Below are positions 17,956 to 28,679 of a stretch of 64,000 bases of DNA, one piece after another. The stretch spans positions 4,224 to 68,223 of the forward strand of contig JAGATW010000074.1 in NCBI GenBank assembly GCA_017621085.1, written 5' to 3'. Positions within the stretch are counted from its first letter, which is position 1; each line of letters begins with the position of its first letter. The position numbers and the translations under genes were made by a program. Under the pieces are notes generated by a model, which did not search any database, was not told the DNA's origin, and saw only the letters and a list, made by a program, of their open reading frames with translations. Source of the stretch: Clostridia bacterium. GTDB taxonomy: Bacteria; Bacillota; Clostridia; Oscillospirales; CAG-272.

Positions 17956-20334
17956 ATGGAAAAAAAGCTTATTAACTCATATCCCGCAACAATTTGGAGT
18001 GACTGTACACCTGTTGGTAATGGTACGCTTGGCGCAAGTGTTTATGGCTGTGTTTACGATGAAAGAATACTTATAAATCACGAGGCTTTATATAACTGGA
18101 CCTGTGATGTTGGCTACCCTGATATCTCCTATGCCTTAAAAGAGGTAAGGGCATTAATGGATGAGGGTAAATATAAAGAGGCAAACACTTATTATACCGA
18201 CATAATAAGTAAAACAGGCTTTAGGTCAAATAAGGGCAAGTTTTTTCCTGCCTTTGATATTCACCTGATTTTTGAAACTAACGCATCCCCTGAAAATTAC
18301 AAGCGTGAGCTTGATATGGAAGGTGGCATTTGCACCGTTTCCTATACAGAAAACGACAACAAATGCATACGTACAATTTTTGCATCCCAAAGAGATAGAG
18401 TAGTTGTTGTAAATCTGAAAAAGGAAGCACCTTTTTCGGTTAAGGTGTCCCTTGAAAGACACGATATGTCCGACTACGTGGATAATTTTTACTGTGATGA
18501 GTTTAAAAGCTTTGCTAAGGACGGTTATGTTTACTCCGAGAGTAAAACAGGCGGTAAGCTTCATTTTTCAGGCGTTGTTAAGGTGCTGAATACTGATGGC
18601 ACAATTGTATCGGGAGGAAATGATAAGGCTCTTAAAATTGATATGACGGGAGAGGCAAGTCTGAAGGACTACATTAAAATTGAAAACGCAAAAGAGGTAA
18701 CTCTTGTTTTCAATATGAGCAAGGAGCCACTACCCTTTGAGGAAATGAAGCTTGTTGTTGATAAGTGTCAAAAGGGCTATGAAACACTTTTAGATGAACA
18801 AAAAGAGGACTTTTCTAAGCTATTCAATTCAACACGTCTAACCTTGACAGATGGTGAAAACCAATCTAACGAGCAACTGTTTATAAACAGCTATGCAGGT
18901 GTGGTCGATGCAAGAATTATAGAAAAAATGGCAGACTACGGAAGATACCTGCTTATTTCATCATCCGTTGGCTGTGAATATCCTGCTAACCTTCAAGGCT
19001 TATGGAACGGAGCATATTCTCCTGCTTGGGCTTGCACCTTCTTTAACAATGAAAATATTCAAATGGCATATTGGCAAGCGTATGCAGGCGGACTTGATAT
19101 GGCAACATTGCCACTTTTCAACCTATATGATAAATTTAAGGATGATTATAGGGAAAATGCTAAAAACCTATTTGGCTGTCGTGGTCTTCTTTTGCCCTTG
19201 TTTATGGACAATTCCAATGGCAAAAAGGAAAATACTCAGCCACACGTTCTTTATTGGACAGGAAGCTCCGCTTGGATAAGCGCCATTTACTATGATTACT
19301 ACCTATACACAGGGGACGAAGTCTTTTTAAGAGAAAGAGCATATCCGTTTATGAAGGAGTCTGCACAATTCTATGAGGACTTTATGGTGTATGATAAAAA
19401 CGGTAAGCTAAAGTCCTACCCGTCAAATTCACCTGAAAACCATCCAAACGGTGATTTTGAGGGAGCAGGAGAAATTTCCGTTTCCATTAACTCAACAATG
19501 GATTTTGCGCTATTAAAGGAGCTTTTGACTAACCTTATTTCTTCAGCTAATCAATTGGGAATTGATAAGGAAAAATGCGAGGAATGGTCAAAAATGCTAA
19601 GCGCTATTCCAGAGTATGAAATTAACGAGGATGGCGCTATCAAGGAATGGCTGCACCCTGATTTTAAGGACAATTATCACCATAGACACCAATCACACAT
19701 TTACCCGCTTTTCCCCGGCTTTGAGATAAACGAGGAGAATAATAAGGAGCTATATGAGGCTTCAAGGGTAGCAGTTCAAAAGCGACTTGTAATAGGCTTA
19801 AAATCCCAAACAGGCTGGAGCCTTGCCCATATGGCAAACATCTTTGCAAGGCTAAATGACGGAAAAGGGGCGAAGGAGTGTTTAGATTTGCTTATTCGCT
19901 TCTGCACAGGACCAAACCTATATACCTATCATAACGACTGGCGTAATATGGGCGTTACACTAAAATATTTACACGCAGGACATCCACCGTATCAAATTGA
20001 TGCAAATATGGGCTTTACCTCTGCAATTTATGAAATGCTACTTTATTCCGATAGAGATAAAATTAAGCTTTTACCGGCGTTACCACAGGAATTCAAACAG
20101 GGCAAAATCGAGAACATTCACGCTCGCGGCGGCTTTGTTGTAACAATTGAATGGAACGAAAAAGCTGTTAAGGCAACAATAAAATCTATTCTCGGTAAAA
20201 GCATAAATGTAGGTATTAAGGGCTATACATTAAAAACTAATTCGCCAAAAATTGCACCAAGCCAATATGGTGAAAATTACAGACTTATTACCCTTGATAA
20301 AAATGAGGAAATCACCCTTGAATTTGCAAAATAA
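17956..20334 (+). CDS. glycoside hydrolase family 95-like protein (alpha-L-fucosidase type)
   Basis: 792 aa from the ATG at 17956 (GAAAGGA RBS). The N-terminus has W..CTPVGNGTLGASVYG. The central NLQGLWNG...NNENIQMAYWQAY block resembles the GH95 signature. Confidence 0.65.
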   Translation: MEKKLINSYPATIWSDCTPVGNGTLGASVYGCVYDERILINHEALYNWTCDVGYPDISYALKEVRALMDEGKYKEANTYYTDIISKTGFRSNKGKFFPAFDIHLIFETNASPENYKRELDMEGGICTVSYTENDNKCIRTIFASQRDRVVVVNLKKEAPFSVKVSLERHDMSDYVDNFYCDEFKSFAKDGYVYSESKTGGKLHFSGVVKVLNTDGTIVSGGNDKALKIDMTGEASLKDYIKIENAKEVTLVFNMSKEPLPFEEMKLVVDKCQKGYETLLDEQKEDFSKLFNSTRLTLTDGENQSNEQLFINSYAGVVDARIIEKMADYGRYLLISSSVGCEYPANLQGLWNGAYSPAWACTFFNNENIQMAYWQAYAGGLDMATLPLFNLYDKFKDDYRENAKNLFGCRGLLLPLFMDNSNGKKENTQPHVLYWTGSSAWISAIYYDYYLYTGDEVFLRERAYPFMKESAQFYEDFMVYDKNGKLKSYPSNSPENHPNGDFEGAGEISVSINSTMDFALLKELLTNLISSANQLGIDKEKCEEWSKMLSAIPEYEINEDGAIKEWLHPDFKDNYHHRHQSHIYPLFPGFEINEENNKELYEASRVAVQKRLVIGLKSQTGWSLAHMANIFARLNDGKGAKECLDLLIRFCTGPNLYTYHNDWRNMGVTLKYLHAGHPPYQIDANMGFTSAIYEMLLYSDRDKIKLLPALPQEFKQGKIENIHARGGFVVTIEWNEKAVKATIKSILGKSINVGIKGYTLKTNSPKIAPSQYGENYRLITLDKNEEITLEFAK

Positions 20335-20387
20335 TTCACACGTGGTGGCACATAAACGCAAAACGCAAGAAAAATCAACTACAAAAT

Positions 20388-20430
20388 AAAAACGGCAGAG
20401 AACAAAAATTCTCTGCCGTTTTATTTCTTT
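20388..20430 (+). terminator. rho-independent terminator (usable in both directions)
   Basis: Stem ACGGCAGAG/CTCTGCCGT, followed by TTTATTTCTTT. An A-run precedes the stem. Confidence 0.75.
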
Positions 20431-20496
20431 CAAAAAGCATCGGCACACTGCCAATAACTACGCAAATTTATGCTTTTGCGGGGGGACGTGTCTAAA

Positions 20497-20934
20497 TTAG
20501 AGAAATTTTTTTAATTCCTTCATAAAGCTTTCAACGTCGTTAAACTCTCTGTAAACGGAAACAAAACGAATGTACGCAACTGCGTCAGCCTTAATAAGCT
20601 CGCTCATTATCATTTCGCCAATTTCAACAGATGTAATTTCACTCTTTAGGGAGTTTAGAATATTATTTTCAACCGAGGTCGCAATTGCAAATGGGTCAAC
20701 AGGTCGCTTTTGACAAGCCTTTACAATACCTGCCTGCACCTTGCTTTTATCAAAAAATTCACGGCTGCCGTCCTTTTTAATTACCATAGGCAAGGTAGTT
20801 TCTATTGTTTCATAGGTTGTAAATCTTGCTTGACAGCCAAGGCACTCTCTACGTCTTTTAATGCTTGAGTTTTCCTCAATGGGTCTTGAGTCAATTACCT
20901 TGGACTCCTCACAGCCACAATGCGGACATTTCAT
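20497..20934 (-). CDS. nrdR: transcriptional repressor NrdR
   Basis: MKCPHCGCEESKVIDSRP...RRRECLGCQARFTTYE zinc ribbon plus an ATP-cone. I prefer the ATG at 20934 (GGAGGTG RBS). Confidence 0.9.
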   Translation of the reverse strand: MKCPHCGCEESKVIDSRPIEENSSIKRRRECLGCQARFTTYETIETTLPMVIKKDGSREFFDKSKVQAGIVKACQKRPVDPFAIATSVENNILNSLKSEITSVEIGEMIMSELIKADAVAYIRFVSVYREFNDVESFMKELKKFL

Positions 20935-21091
20935 AATATTCACCTCCAAAAAAATTGGCAAAGTTTGTTATTCGGTCATACAATAATACTATATGTTGGG
21001 GAAATAACCGAAAAACACTCAATATATTGTACCACAAACTTTCATGCTTTGCAATAGTTTTTAGTAATATTAGCAGTATTTAAATATTTAC

Positions 21092-21120
21092 TTGACAAAA
21101 GGTGATAAAAAGAGTATAAT
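21092..21120 (+). promoter_or_regulatory. consensus sigma-A promoter for glnA
   Basis: TTGACA (21092-21097), 17 nt spacer, TATAAT (21115-21120). AAGGAG RBS precedes the ATG at 21157. Confidence 0.6.
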
Positions 21121-21156
21121 TTTTGCAACGGAATTTTTTCAAGGAGAATTTTTACA

Positions 21157-23241
21157 ATGATGGTATCTGAAATGTTTGGTTCAATGGTGTTTAATGATGA
21201 GGTAATGAAGGAAAGGCTTCCCGAGGATGTATATAAGTCCCTTCAAAACACTATTCAAAACGGTAAGCACCTCGATTTATCTCTTGCCAATGTAGTGGCA
21301 AGCGCTATGAAGGATTGGGCTATTGAAAAGGGAGCTACCCATTATACACACTGGTTCCAGCCAATGACCGGTATTACTGCCGAAAAGCACGATAGCTTTA
21401 TTTCTCCTAAGGACAATTCCACAGTTATTATGGAATTTAAGGGCAAGGAGCTTGTTCGTGGTGAGCCTGATGCCTCATCATTTCCATCCGGTGGCTTAAG
21501 AGCAACCTTTGAGGCAAGAGGCTATACTGCTTGGGACCCAACCTCTTATGCATTTATTAAGGGCAAAACCCTTTGTATTCCAACTGCCTTTTGCTCATAC
21601 GGTGGCGAGGCTCTTGATAAGAAAACTCCATTACTTCGCTCAATGGAGGTTTTAGGCAAGGCGGCTATAAAAATCGTACACCTATTTGGTAATGAGGATG
21701 TAACACAGGTTAGAACAACAGTCGGACCTGAGCAGGAGTACTTCCTGATTGATAAGGACTTATACTATAAGCGCCCTGACCTTGTATATACAGGCAGAAC
21801 ACTTTTCGGTGCTATGCCACCTAAGGGACAGGAGCTTGATGACCACTATTTCGGCTCAATTAAGCCAAGAGTAAAGGCTTATATGTTAGAGCTTGACGAG
21901 GAGCTTTGGAAGCTTGGCGTTTTTGCAAAGACCGAGCATAACGAGGTTGCTCCGTCTCAGCACGAGCTTGCCCCTGTTTTTACAACAACTAACTTAGCAA
22001 CCGACCATAACCAGCTTACAATGGAGCTAATGCAAAGAGTAGCTAAAAAGCACGGCTTTGTATGTCTTTTACACGAAAAGCCCTTTGACGGCGTTAACGG
22101 AAGCGGTAAGCACAACAACTGGTCACTATCTACAAATACAGGCATTAACCTTTTAGAGCCCGGTGAAACACCAAGCGAAAATGCTCAATTCCTTTTATTC
22201 CTTTGCGCTGTTATTAAGGCAGTTGATGAATATCAGGATTTATTAAGAATTTCCGTTGCAAGTGCAGGAAACGACCATCGTTTAGGAGCAAATGAAGCTC
22301 CGCCGGCAGTTGTATCTATGTTCTTGGGTGATGAATTAAGCGCTGTGCTTGATGCTCTTGAAAAGGACGAAAAGTACGAGGGTAAGGAAAAGGAGCAAAT
22401 GCGTGTAGGCGTACACATTTTGCCAAAATTCCCTAAGGACACAACCGATAGAAACAGAACCTCCCCCTTTGCCTTTACAGGTAATAAGTTTGAGTTCCGT
22501 ATGCTTGGCTCAAGCGCTTCAATTGCCGATACAAACACTGTAATCAATACAGCGGTAACACAGGTGCTTAACGAGTTTTATGAAATTCTTTCAAATGCAA
22601 GCGATTTTAACTCTGCCCTTCACAATCTTATAAGAGAGACCATAAGAAATCACAAGAGAATTTTGTTCAATGGCAATGGCTATGACGATAAATGGCTTGA
22701 GGAGGCAGAAAAGAGAGGACTTTCTAACCTTAAGTCAACTCCTGACGCAATTGAGCACCTGATTGATGAAAAGAATGTTCAGCTCTTTGTACAAAACAAG
22801 GTGTTCAGCGAAAAGGAAATTAAGGCTCGCTTTGATATTATGCTTGAAAACTATACAAAGGTTATCAATATCGAAGCCCTTACAATGATTGATATGGCAA
22901 AAAAATCAATTATTCCCGCTGTTGCTAAATATACAAGAAAGTTAGCAGAGGGTATTACCCTTAAAAAGAACCTTAACATTGATGCAACCTATGAAACAAA
23001 GGTAGCAGCAAAGCTTTCAAGCCTTAACTCCGAGGCTTACGAAATCACAGTAAGACTTGAAAACGAGGTTCAAAACGCAAATCTTGAAAAGAATGTAGTT
23101 AAAAACGCAAAGCTACACGAGGAAAGAGTGCTTTCCACAATGAACGCCTTAAGAATGGTAGTTGACGAAATGGAAACTCTGACCGCCAAGGAATATTGGC
23201 CAATGCCAAACTATAGTGAGCTCCTTTTTGGAGTAAAATAA
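21157..23241 (+). CDS. glnA: glutamine synthetase, type III
   Basis: 694 aa. The length and N-terminal block ([21 protein letters not shown]) are typical of GSIII. The catalytic region has [10 protein letters not shown] and [10 protein letters not shown]. Confidence 0.9.
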   Translation: MMVSEMFGSMVFNDEVMKERLPEDVYKSLQNTIQNGKHLDLSLANVVASAMKDWAIEKGATHYTHWFQPMTGITAEKHDSFISPKDNSTVIMEFKGKELVRGEPDASSFPSGGLRATFEARGYTAWDPTSYAFIKGKTLCIPTAFCSYGGEALDKKTPLLRSMEVLGKAAIKIVHLFGNEDVTQVRTTVGPEQEYFLIDKDLYYKRPDLVYTGRTLFGAMPPKGQELDDHYFGSIKPRVKAYMLELDEELWKLGVFAKTEHNEVAPSQHELAPVFTTTNLATDHNQLTMELMQRVAKKHGFVCLLHEKPFDGVNGSGKHNNWSLSTNTGINLLEPGETPSENAQFLLFLCAVIKAVDEYQDLLRISVASAGNDHRLGANEAPPAVVSMFLGDELSAVLDALEKDEKYEGKEKEQMRVGVHILPKFPKDTTDRNRTSPFAFTGNKFEFRMLGSSASIADTNTVINTAVTQVLNEFYEILSNASDFNSALHNLIRETIRNHKRILFNGNGYDDKWLEEAEKRGLSNLKSTPDAIEHLIDEKNVQLFVQNKVFSEKEIKARFDIMLENYTKVINIEALTMIDMAKKSIIPAVAKYTRKLAEGITLKKNLNIDATYETKVAAKLSSLNSEAYEITVRLENEVQNANLEKNVVKNAKLHEERVLSTMNALRMVVDEMETLTAKEYWPMPNYSELLFGVK

Positions 23242-23249
23242 AAAATTTA

Positions 23250-23279
23250 CAGACCGTTCACAAACGGTCTGTTTTTTTG
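23250..23279 (+). terminator. rho-independent terminator
   Basis: Stem CAGACCGTT/AACGGTCTG followed by T7. Confidence 0.8.
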
Positions 23280-23361
23280 TCCTAAAAGAGATTAGAAGTA
23301 AAAAAATGTTTGTAGCTTATGATGAAAATATATATATAATAATATATTTTTCTTAAAAATA

Positions 23362-23390
23362 TTGATTTTGAATAAATAATGTGCTATCAT
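23362..23390 (+). promoter_or_regulatory. putative promoter of the polysaccharide locus
   Basis: TTGATT, 17 nt spacer, TGcTATCAT. It is followed by the palindrome CATTTAT-N9-ATAAATG (23401-23423). Confidence 0.4.
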
Positions 23391-23449
23391 ATAAGCTGAA
23401 CATTTATGAAAGATTTATAAATGTAATCTTATTTATGAAGGATTTAAAA

Positions 23450-24592
23450 ATGAAAAGAGCAGAGAAAAGAATTAGCTTGCCAACCCCTACCATGCACGGA
23501 GAGGAAATGAAATTTGTTCAAGAGGCGTTTGATAGAAACTGGATTGCTCCTCTTGGATTTAACTGTGATAACTTTGAAAAGGAAATGGATGCATACTTAA
23601 ATGTGGGTATTGACAGTCCATATTATACCTTGGCGCTATGCTCAGGCACATCAGCACTTCACTTGGCTATGAAGTTAGCAGGTATGAAGCGTGGGGACAG
23701 AGTTTTTTGCTCTGATATGACCTTTGCAGCAACAGTTAACCCTGTATCATATGAGGGTGGAGTTCAGGTTTTTATTGACTCTGAGCCTGACTCTTGGAAT
23801 ATGGACCCTGTTGCGCTTGAAAAGGCATTTGAAAAATACCCTGATACAAAATTTGTAGTTATCGCTCACCTGTACGGTACTCCAAGTAAAATGGATGAGA
23901 TAATGGCTATATGCGAAAAGCATAATGCAATTCTTATTGAGGATGCTGCCGAATCTCTTTCCGCTACATATAAGGGCAGACAAACAGGTACATTCGGTAA
24001 GTACAACGCAATCAGCTTTAACGGAAATAAGATTATTACAACATCAGGTGGTGGTATGCTTATTACCGATACTGAGGAAGCAAGAAAAAAGGCATTTTTC
24101 TGGGCTACCCAATCAAGAGAGCCGTTCCCATGGTATCAGCACGAGGAAATAGGCTATAATTACCGTATGTCAAATGTGGTTGCAGGTATTGGTAGAGGTC
24201 AGCTTTTACACCTTGATGAGCATAGAGAGAAGAAGGAAGCAATATACAGAAGATATGTTGAGGGCTTAAAGGACGTGCCTGTTAAGATGAACCCATATCT
24301 TGAAGACACCGTGCCAAACTTCTGGCTATCCTGCTTAACCATTAATGAGGGTGTGAATATGGGTCCGTTGGAGCTTGCTGAAAAGCTTAATGAAGCTAAT
24401 ATTGAAACAAGACCGATTTGGAAGCCTATGCATATGCAGCCTGTATTCAAGGACCACGACTTTATAAGCGCATATGATAAGCCTGTGGATGAGGACATTT
24501 TTGCAAGAGGCATTTGCTTGCCCTCTGACATTAAAATGACAGTAGAGGAACAGAATTTTGTAATCGAAGTGATAAAGGACTGCTTTAGATAA
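23450..24592 (+). CDS. DegT/DnrJ/EryC1/StrS-family sugar aminotransferase
   Basis: About 380 aa from the ATG at 23450 (AAGGA RBS). It has the PLP-lysine context ISFNGNKIITTSGGGML and the YNYRMSN motif typical of PglE/WecE-like enzymes. Confidence 0.85.
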   Translation: MKRAEKRISLPTPTMHGEEMKFVQEAFDRNWIAPLGFNCDNFEKEMDAYLNVGIDSPYYTLALCSGTSALHLAMKLAGMKRGDRVFCSDMTFAATVNPVSYEGGVQVFIDSEPDSWNMDPVALEKAFEKYPDTKFVVIAHLYGTPSKMDEIMAICEKHNAILIEDAAESLSATYKGRQTGTFGKYNAISFNGNKIITTSGGGMLITDTEEARKKAFFWATQSREPFPWYQHEEIGYNYRMSNVVAGIGRGQLLHLDEHREKKEAIYRRYVEGLKDVPVKMNPYLEDTVPNFWLSCLTINEGVNMGPLELAEKLNEANIETRPIWKPMHMQPVFKDHDFISAYDKPVDEDIFARGICLPSDIKMTVEEQNFVIEVIKDCFR

Positions 24593-25329
24593 TGGAAAAA
24601 ATTTTACATACTTTAATTTCTAATTGGTGGGGCATTGTTATTATTTGCGTAGTTGCCCTTGCCTTGCTTGTGCTTATATCTGCACTTTTGTACAGACAAT
24701 TTTTTAAGCGCTTTTACGATATTGTATTAAGTGGCATGGCACTTTTGGTGCTTTCACCGATTTTGCTGATTTTAATTATTGTAGGTGCAATCAATATGAA
24801 GGGCAATCCCTTCTTCACCCAGCTTCGTCCGGGTAGAAAAGAAAAAATATTTAAGCTTATTAAGTTTCGCACAATGACCAACGAGAAGGACGAAAACGGA
24901 AATCCGTTGCCTGACGATGTTCGTTTGACAAAATATGGTAAGCTTTTGCGTGCAACATCACTTGATGAACTACCTGAGCTTATCAACATTTTTATTGGCA
25001 ATATGTCTATAATCGGTCCAAGACCGTTGCTTGTGGAATATTTGCCATATTACAACGAGGTTGAAAAGCATCGTCATGACGTTCGTCCGGGTCTTACAGG
25101 CTGGGCGCAGGTTAATGGCAGAAATTCCTTAGATTGGGAAAGTCGCTTTGCCTGTGACGTTGATTATGTACATAAAATTTCCTTGTGGCTTGATATAAAA
25201 ATCTTATTTATGACTGTTATGAAGGTATTAAAGCATAGCGACGTAGCAGAGGACACAAGTAAGACAGAGGGCAATTTTGCAAAAATAAGACAACAACAGC
25301 TACAAGAGGCTGAAAAAGAAAGAGTTTAA
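24592..25329 (+). CDS. small (PglC-type) polyprenyl-phosphate sugar-phosphate transferase
   Basis: 245 aa Bac_transf pattern: KRFYDIVLS...NPFF.Q.RPG...F...KFRTM...DELPQL-like ELPELINIF.GNMS.IGPRP. Confidence 0.85.
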   Translation: MEKILHTLISNWWGIVIICVVALALLVLISALLYRQFFKRFYDIVLSGMALLVLSPILLILIIVGAINMKGNPFFTQLRPGRKEKIFKLIKFRTMTNEKDENGNPLPDDVRLTKYGKLLRATSLDELPELINIFIGNMSIIGPRPLLVEYLPYYNEVEKHRHDVRPGLTGWAQVNGRNSLDWESRFACDVDYVHKISLWLDIKILFMTVMKVLKHSDVAEDTSKTEGNFAKIRQQQLQEAEKERV

Positions 25330-25343
25330 TGTGAGGTAAGCAA

Positions 25344-26306
25344 ATGAATATATTAATTTTGAGTGCAGGCACAAGAAACAAGATAGTTCAATATTTTAAA
25401 AGAGAGCTATCAAACGAAGGAACAGTTGTTGCAACCGATATGAGTGATATTGCTCCTGCTGTTTACGAGGCTGACAAGTTTTATAAGGTGCCAAGAATGA
25501 CAGATGAGGGATATATTGACGTAATATTCGATATTTGCAAGAAGGAAAAAATAAATGCTGTATTAACACTTATCGACCCTGAATTGTCTCTCCTTTCTGA
25601 AAACTACGAAAAATTTGCAGAGCTTGGAGTTAAGGTTATTGGCTCCACATATGATTTGTGTGAGCTTTGCTTAGACAAGTGGAAGATGTATAGCTGGTTA
25701 ACCGAGCATGGCTATAACTGTGCTAAGAGCTATACCGACAAGGAGGAGTTCTACAAGGACGTAGAAATGGGTAAAATCAGCTATCCGGTATTTGTTAAGC
25801 CAATTTGTGGCAGTGCAAGTATTTCCATTTCAAAGGTTTACGATAAGGAAACGGTTGAAACGCTTTTTGCTCATACCGAGGGCTTGATGATACAGGAATT
25901 TTTAAACGGTCAGGAAATCGGAGCTGATTGCTACATAGATATGGTATCGGGTGAGCTTGTTTCTGTATTTACAAAGAAAAAGCTTATTATGAGAGCAGGA
26001 GAAACAGATAAGGCAGTAAGCTTCAAGGATGAAAAGCTGTTCGAATTAATAGAAAAATTTGTTTGTGAAGCAGGCTTTTCCGGTCAGATAGATATCGATA
26101 TATTCAATATTAACGGTGAGTACTACATATCAGAGGTTAACCCACGCTTCGGTGGTGGCTATCCACACGCATACGAATGTGGCTGTAACCATATGAAGCT
26201 CATCAATAACAACCTCAAGGGCATTGCCAATGAAAAGAACATCGGCGCTTACGAGGAAGGCATTTATATGATGAAATACAACGAGGTTATGATTAGAAAA
26301 ATATAA
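25344..26306 (+). CDS. ATP-grasp domain protein (CPSase-large-subunit-like)
   Basis: 320 aa. N-terminal ILILSAG Rossmann-like pre-ATP-grasp region. The C-terminus has EVNPRFGGGYP, a typical ATP-grasp signature. Confidence 0.7.
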   Translation: MNILILSAGTRNKIVQYFKRELSNEGTVVATDMSDIAPAVYEADKFYKVPRMTDEGYIDVIFDICKKEKINAVLTLIDPELSLLSENYEKFAELGVKVIGSTYDLCELCLDKWKMYSWLTEHGYNCAKSYTDKEEFYKDVEMGKISYPVFVKPICGSASISISKVYDKETVETLFAHTEGLMIQEFLNGQEIGADCYIDMVSGELVSVFTKKKLIMRAGETDKAVSFKDEKLFELIEKFVCEAGFSGQIDIDIFNINGEYYISEVNPRFGGGYPHAYECGCNHMKLINNNLKGIANEKNIGAYEEGIYMMKYNEVMIRKI

Positions 26307-26325
26307 TCATTTAAGAGGACGTGAA

Positions 26326-27534
26326 ATGAAAAAAATACTTATTATCGACCATTTTAGTCAAACTCCGGATGAGCCGGGAAATAACAGATTTATATACATA
26401 GCATCACTTTTGTGTGATTTAGGCTATTGTGTTGAGATAGTAACAACAGATTTTTCTCATAAGGCAAAATGCACAAGAAAGCCTATGGATGAGGAGCTTA
26501 GCAAGCTTCCCTATGACTTTACTATGCTTAAGGAGCCGGGCTACAAGAAGAATGTAAGTGTTAAAAGGTTTTACAGTCACGGCGTTTTTGGTAAGAATTT
26601 AAAGAAATATTTGAAGGGTATAGATAAGCCTGATTTGGTATATGTGGCAGTTCCATCCTTGGATGTAGGAGCAACAGCATCAGATTACTGTAAGAAAAAC
26701 AACATTCCGTTTATAGTTGACATACAGGATTTGTGGCCTGAGGCATTTAAGCTTGTTTTAAAGCTTCCTGTTGTCAGCGACATTATGTTTGCTCCCCTAA
26801 CCCTTATGGCAAACAAAACATATAAGCAGGCTGACAGAATAATTGCTGTATCAGAAACCTATAAAAACAGAGGACTACGCTCCTGCCAAAAGGACAGAGA
26901 GGGCTTGTGCGTTTATTTAGGCACTGATTTAGGTACATTTGACAAGGCAGCTGCCGAGTCAAGCGTCGAAAAGCCACAGGATGAAATATGGGTAACATAC
27001 GTAGGAACATTAGGACATAGCTACAATATCGAAATTATAATAGAAGCTCTTTCTTGCATTGACAAGGAGCTTAGAAAAAATGTTGTGTTCAAGGTGCTTG
27101 GCGACGGACCGTATCTTGAACGCTTTAAGGAATTTGCAGCCACAAGGGATGTAAGAGTTGAATTTCTTGGCAGAAGAAGCTACGGCGATATGGTTGGCTA
27201 TCTTGCGCAGTCTGATATTGCGGTAAACCCAATTGTAAAGGGTGCGGCACAGAGTATAATTAACAAGCATGGTGATTATGCCGCAGCAGGCTTGCCTGTT
27301 GTAAACACACAGGAGTGTGAGGAATATAGGTCACTTATGACAGATTTTAATTGTGGAATAAACTGTAAGGTAGATAGCGTGGAAGAGGTTGCAGGCGCAC
27401 TTGAAATGCTTATTAAGGATAAGAGCCTAAGAGAGGAAATGGGCAAAAACTCAAGAAGGCTTGCAGAGGAACGCTTTGATAGAAGATACACAAACAAGCA
27501 AATAGTTGCAGAAATAGAAAAATTGTTAAAATAA
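26326..27534 (+). CDS. glycosyltransferase family 4 (GT-B)
   Basis: 402 aa. The C-terminal half shows a GT1/GT4 EX7E-like region (...AAGLPVVNTQECEEYRSL...). Confidence 0.75.
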   Translation: MKKILIIDHFSQTPDEPGNNRFIYIASLLCDLGYCVEIVTTDFSHKAKCTRKPMDEELSKLPYDFTMLKEPGYKKNVSVKRFYSHGVFGKNLKKYLKGIDKPDLVYVAVPSLDVGATASDYCKKNNIPFIVDIQDLWPEAFKLVLKLPVVSDIMFAPLTLMANKTYKQADRIIAVSETYKNRGLRSCQKDREGLCVYLGTDLGTFDKAAAESSVEKPQDEIWVTYVGTLGHSYNIEIIIEALSCIDKELRKNVVFKVLGDGPYLERFKEFAATRDVRVEFLGRRSYGDMVGYLAQSDIAVNPIVKGAAQSIINKHGDYAAAGLPVVNTQECEEYRSLMTDFNCGINCKVDSVEEVAGALEMLIKDKSLREEMGKNSRRLAEERFDRRYTNKQIVAEIEKLLK

Positions 27535-27543
27535 GAGGTAAAG

Positions 27544-28677
27544 ATGAAAAAGCTATTGATAATGGCATCGCTGTTTTGGCCACAAAAAAATAGTGGTGGT
27601 CCGCCTATTAGCATAATGAATTTGGTACAAGCAATAAAGGATGAATTCCAAATTTACATAATATCAAACAACCACGAAATAAATGAAACCGAGCCATTGC
27701 CCGAGGTTAAAAGCGGTTGGAACGAGTTCGATTTTGGTAAGGTGTATTATGTTGATAGTGGAGAACATACAATCGGCAATGTTTTTAAGCTCATTAAGGA
27801 AATAGAGCCTGATGTTATTTATCAAAACAGCTTTTTCAGCCATAACGACTTAATACCTGTATTAAGGTACAAAAAGAGTGTTAATAAAAGCGTCAAGGTA
27901 ATTGTAGCTCCAAGAGGAGAGTTTTACCCGGAAAGAATAAAGGTTGGTGGCTTTAAGAAAAAGCTGTACGGTAGCTTAATAAAGCTAAGTGGCTTATTAA
28001 AGGACGTATATTTTCACGGCACAGGCAAGGATGAGTGCGACGGTGAAAAATCATTCTTAGGAATAAAGGATGAGTATTTAATTAACATTCAAAACCTTTC
28101 CGTAATGCCAAATAATTCAAGTGATATTATAGAAAAGAACAGTGGAGAATTGCGCCTTGTATATATTGCACGTGTGCATCCTACCAAAAATACCTTAGGT
28201 GGTATAAAAATGCTTAAGGGAGCTTGTGGTAATGTGGTTTATGACATTTACGGTTCACTTGAAAATGAGGAATATTGGAAGGAATGTCAAGAGGCAATAA
28301 AGGAGCTTCCGTCAAATGTAAGCGTTAATTACTGTGGCACAATCCCACACGATTGCGTTTCTGAAACGGTAAGCAAATATCACGCATATTATATGCCAAC
28401 AAACGGAGAAAATTTTGGTCACTCTATTGTTGAGTCAATGCTATCTCAAAGACCGGTGGTTATAAGCGACCAAACACCGTGGACAGATATTAACGGTGTT
28501 TGTGGCTATGCTTTGCCATTAAAGGACGAAGGTGGCTTTGTATCTGCAATAAACGACCTTGTAAATATGAATCAGGATGAATACAACATCCTTTGTAAAA
28601 AATCTAAGGAATACATTAATAGCAAGCTTGATACAGAAAAAATTGTCAAGCAATATATAGAGGCTTTCGGTGGTTAA
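27544..28677 (+). CDS. glycosyltransferase (GT-B, GT4-like)
   Basis: 377 aa with the NGENFGHSIVESMLSQRPVVISD motif (E-x7-E region). Confidence 0.7.
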   Translation: MKKLLIMASLFWPQKNSGGPPISIMNLVQAIKDEFQIYIISNNHEINETEPLPEVKSGWNEFDFGKVYYVDSGEHTIGNVFKLIKEIEPDVIYQNSFFSHNDLIPVLRYKKSVNKSVKVIVAPRGEFYPERIKVGGFKKKLYGSLIKLSGLLKDVYFHGTGKDECDGEKSFLGIKDEYLINIQNLSVMPNNSSDIIEKNSGELRLVYIARVHPTKNTLGGIKMLKGACGNVVYDIYGSLENEEYWKECQEAIKELPSNVSVNYCGTIPHDCVSETVSKYHAYYMPTNGENFGHSIVESMLSQRPVVISDQTPWTDINGVCGYALPLKDEGGFVSAINDLVNMNQDEYNILCKKSKEYINSKLDTEKIVKQYIEAFGG

Positions 28678-28679
28678 AA

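Noticed and set aside
20966-20982. A GlnR/TnrA-like box, TGTTA-N7-ATACA, in the nrdR-glnA intergenic region.
   Set aside because: It has one mismatch to TGTNA-N7-TNACA. It also lies about 30 nt from the nrdR start and about 175 nt from glnA, upstream of the glnA -35. That is too weak to call without a second site or comparative support.
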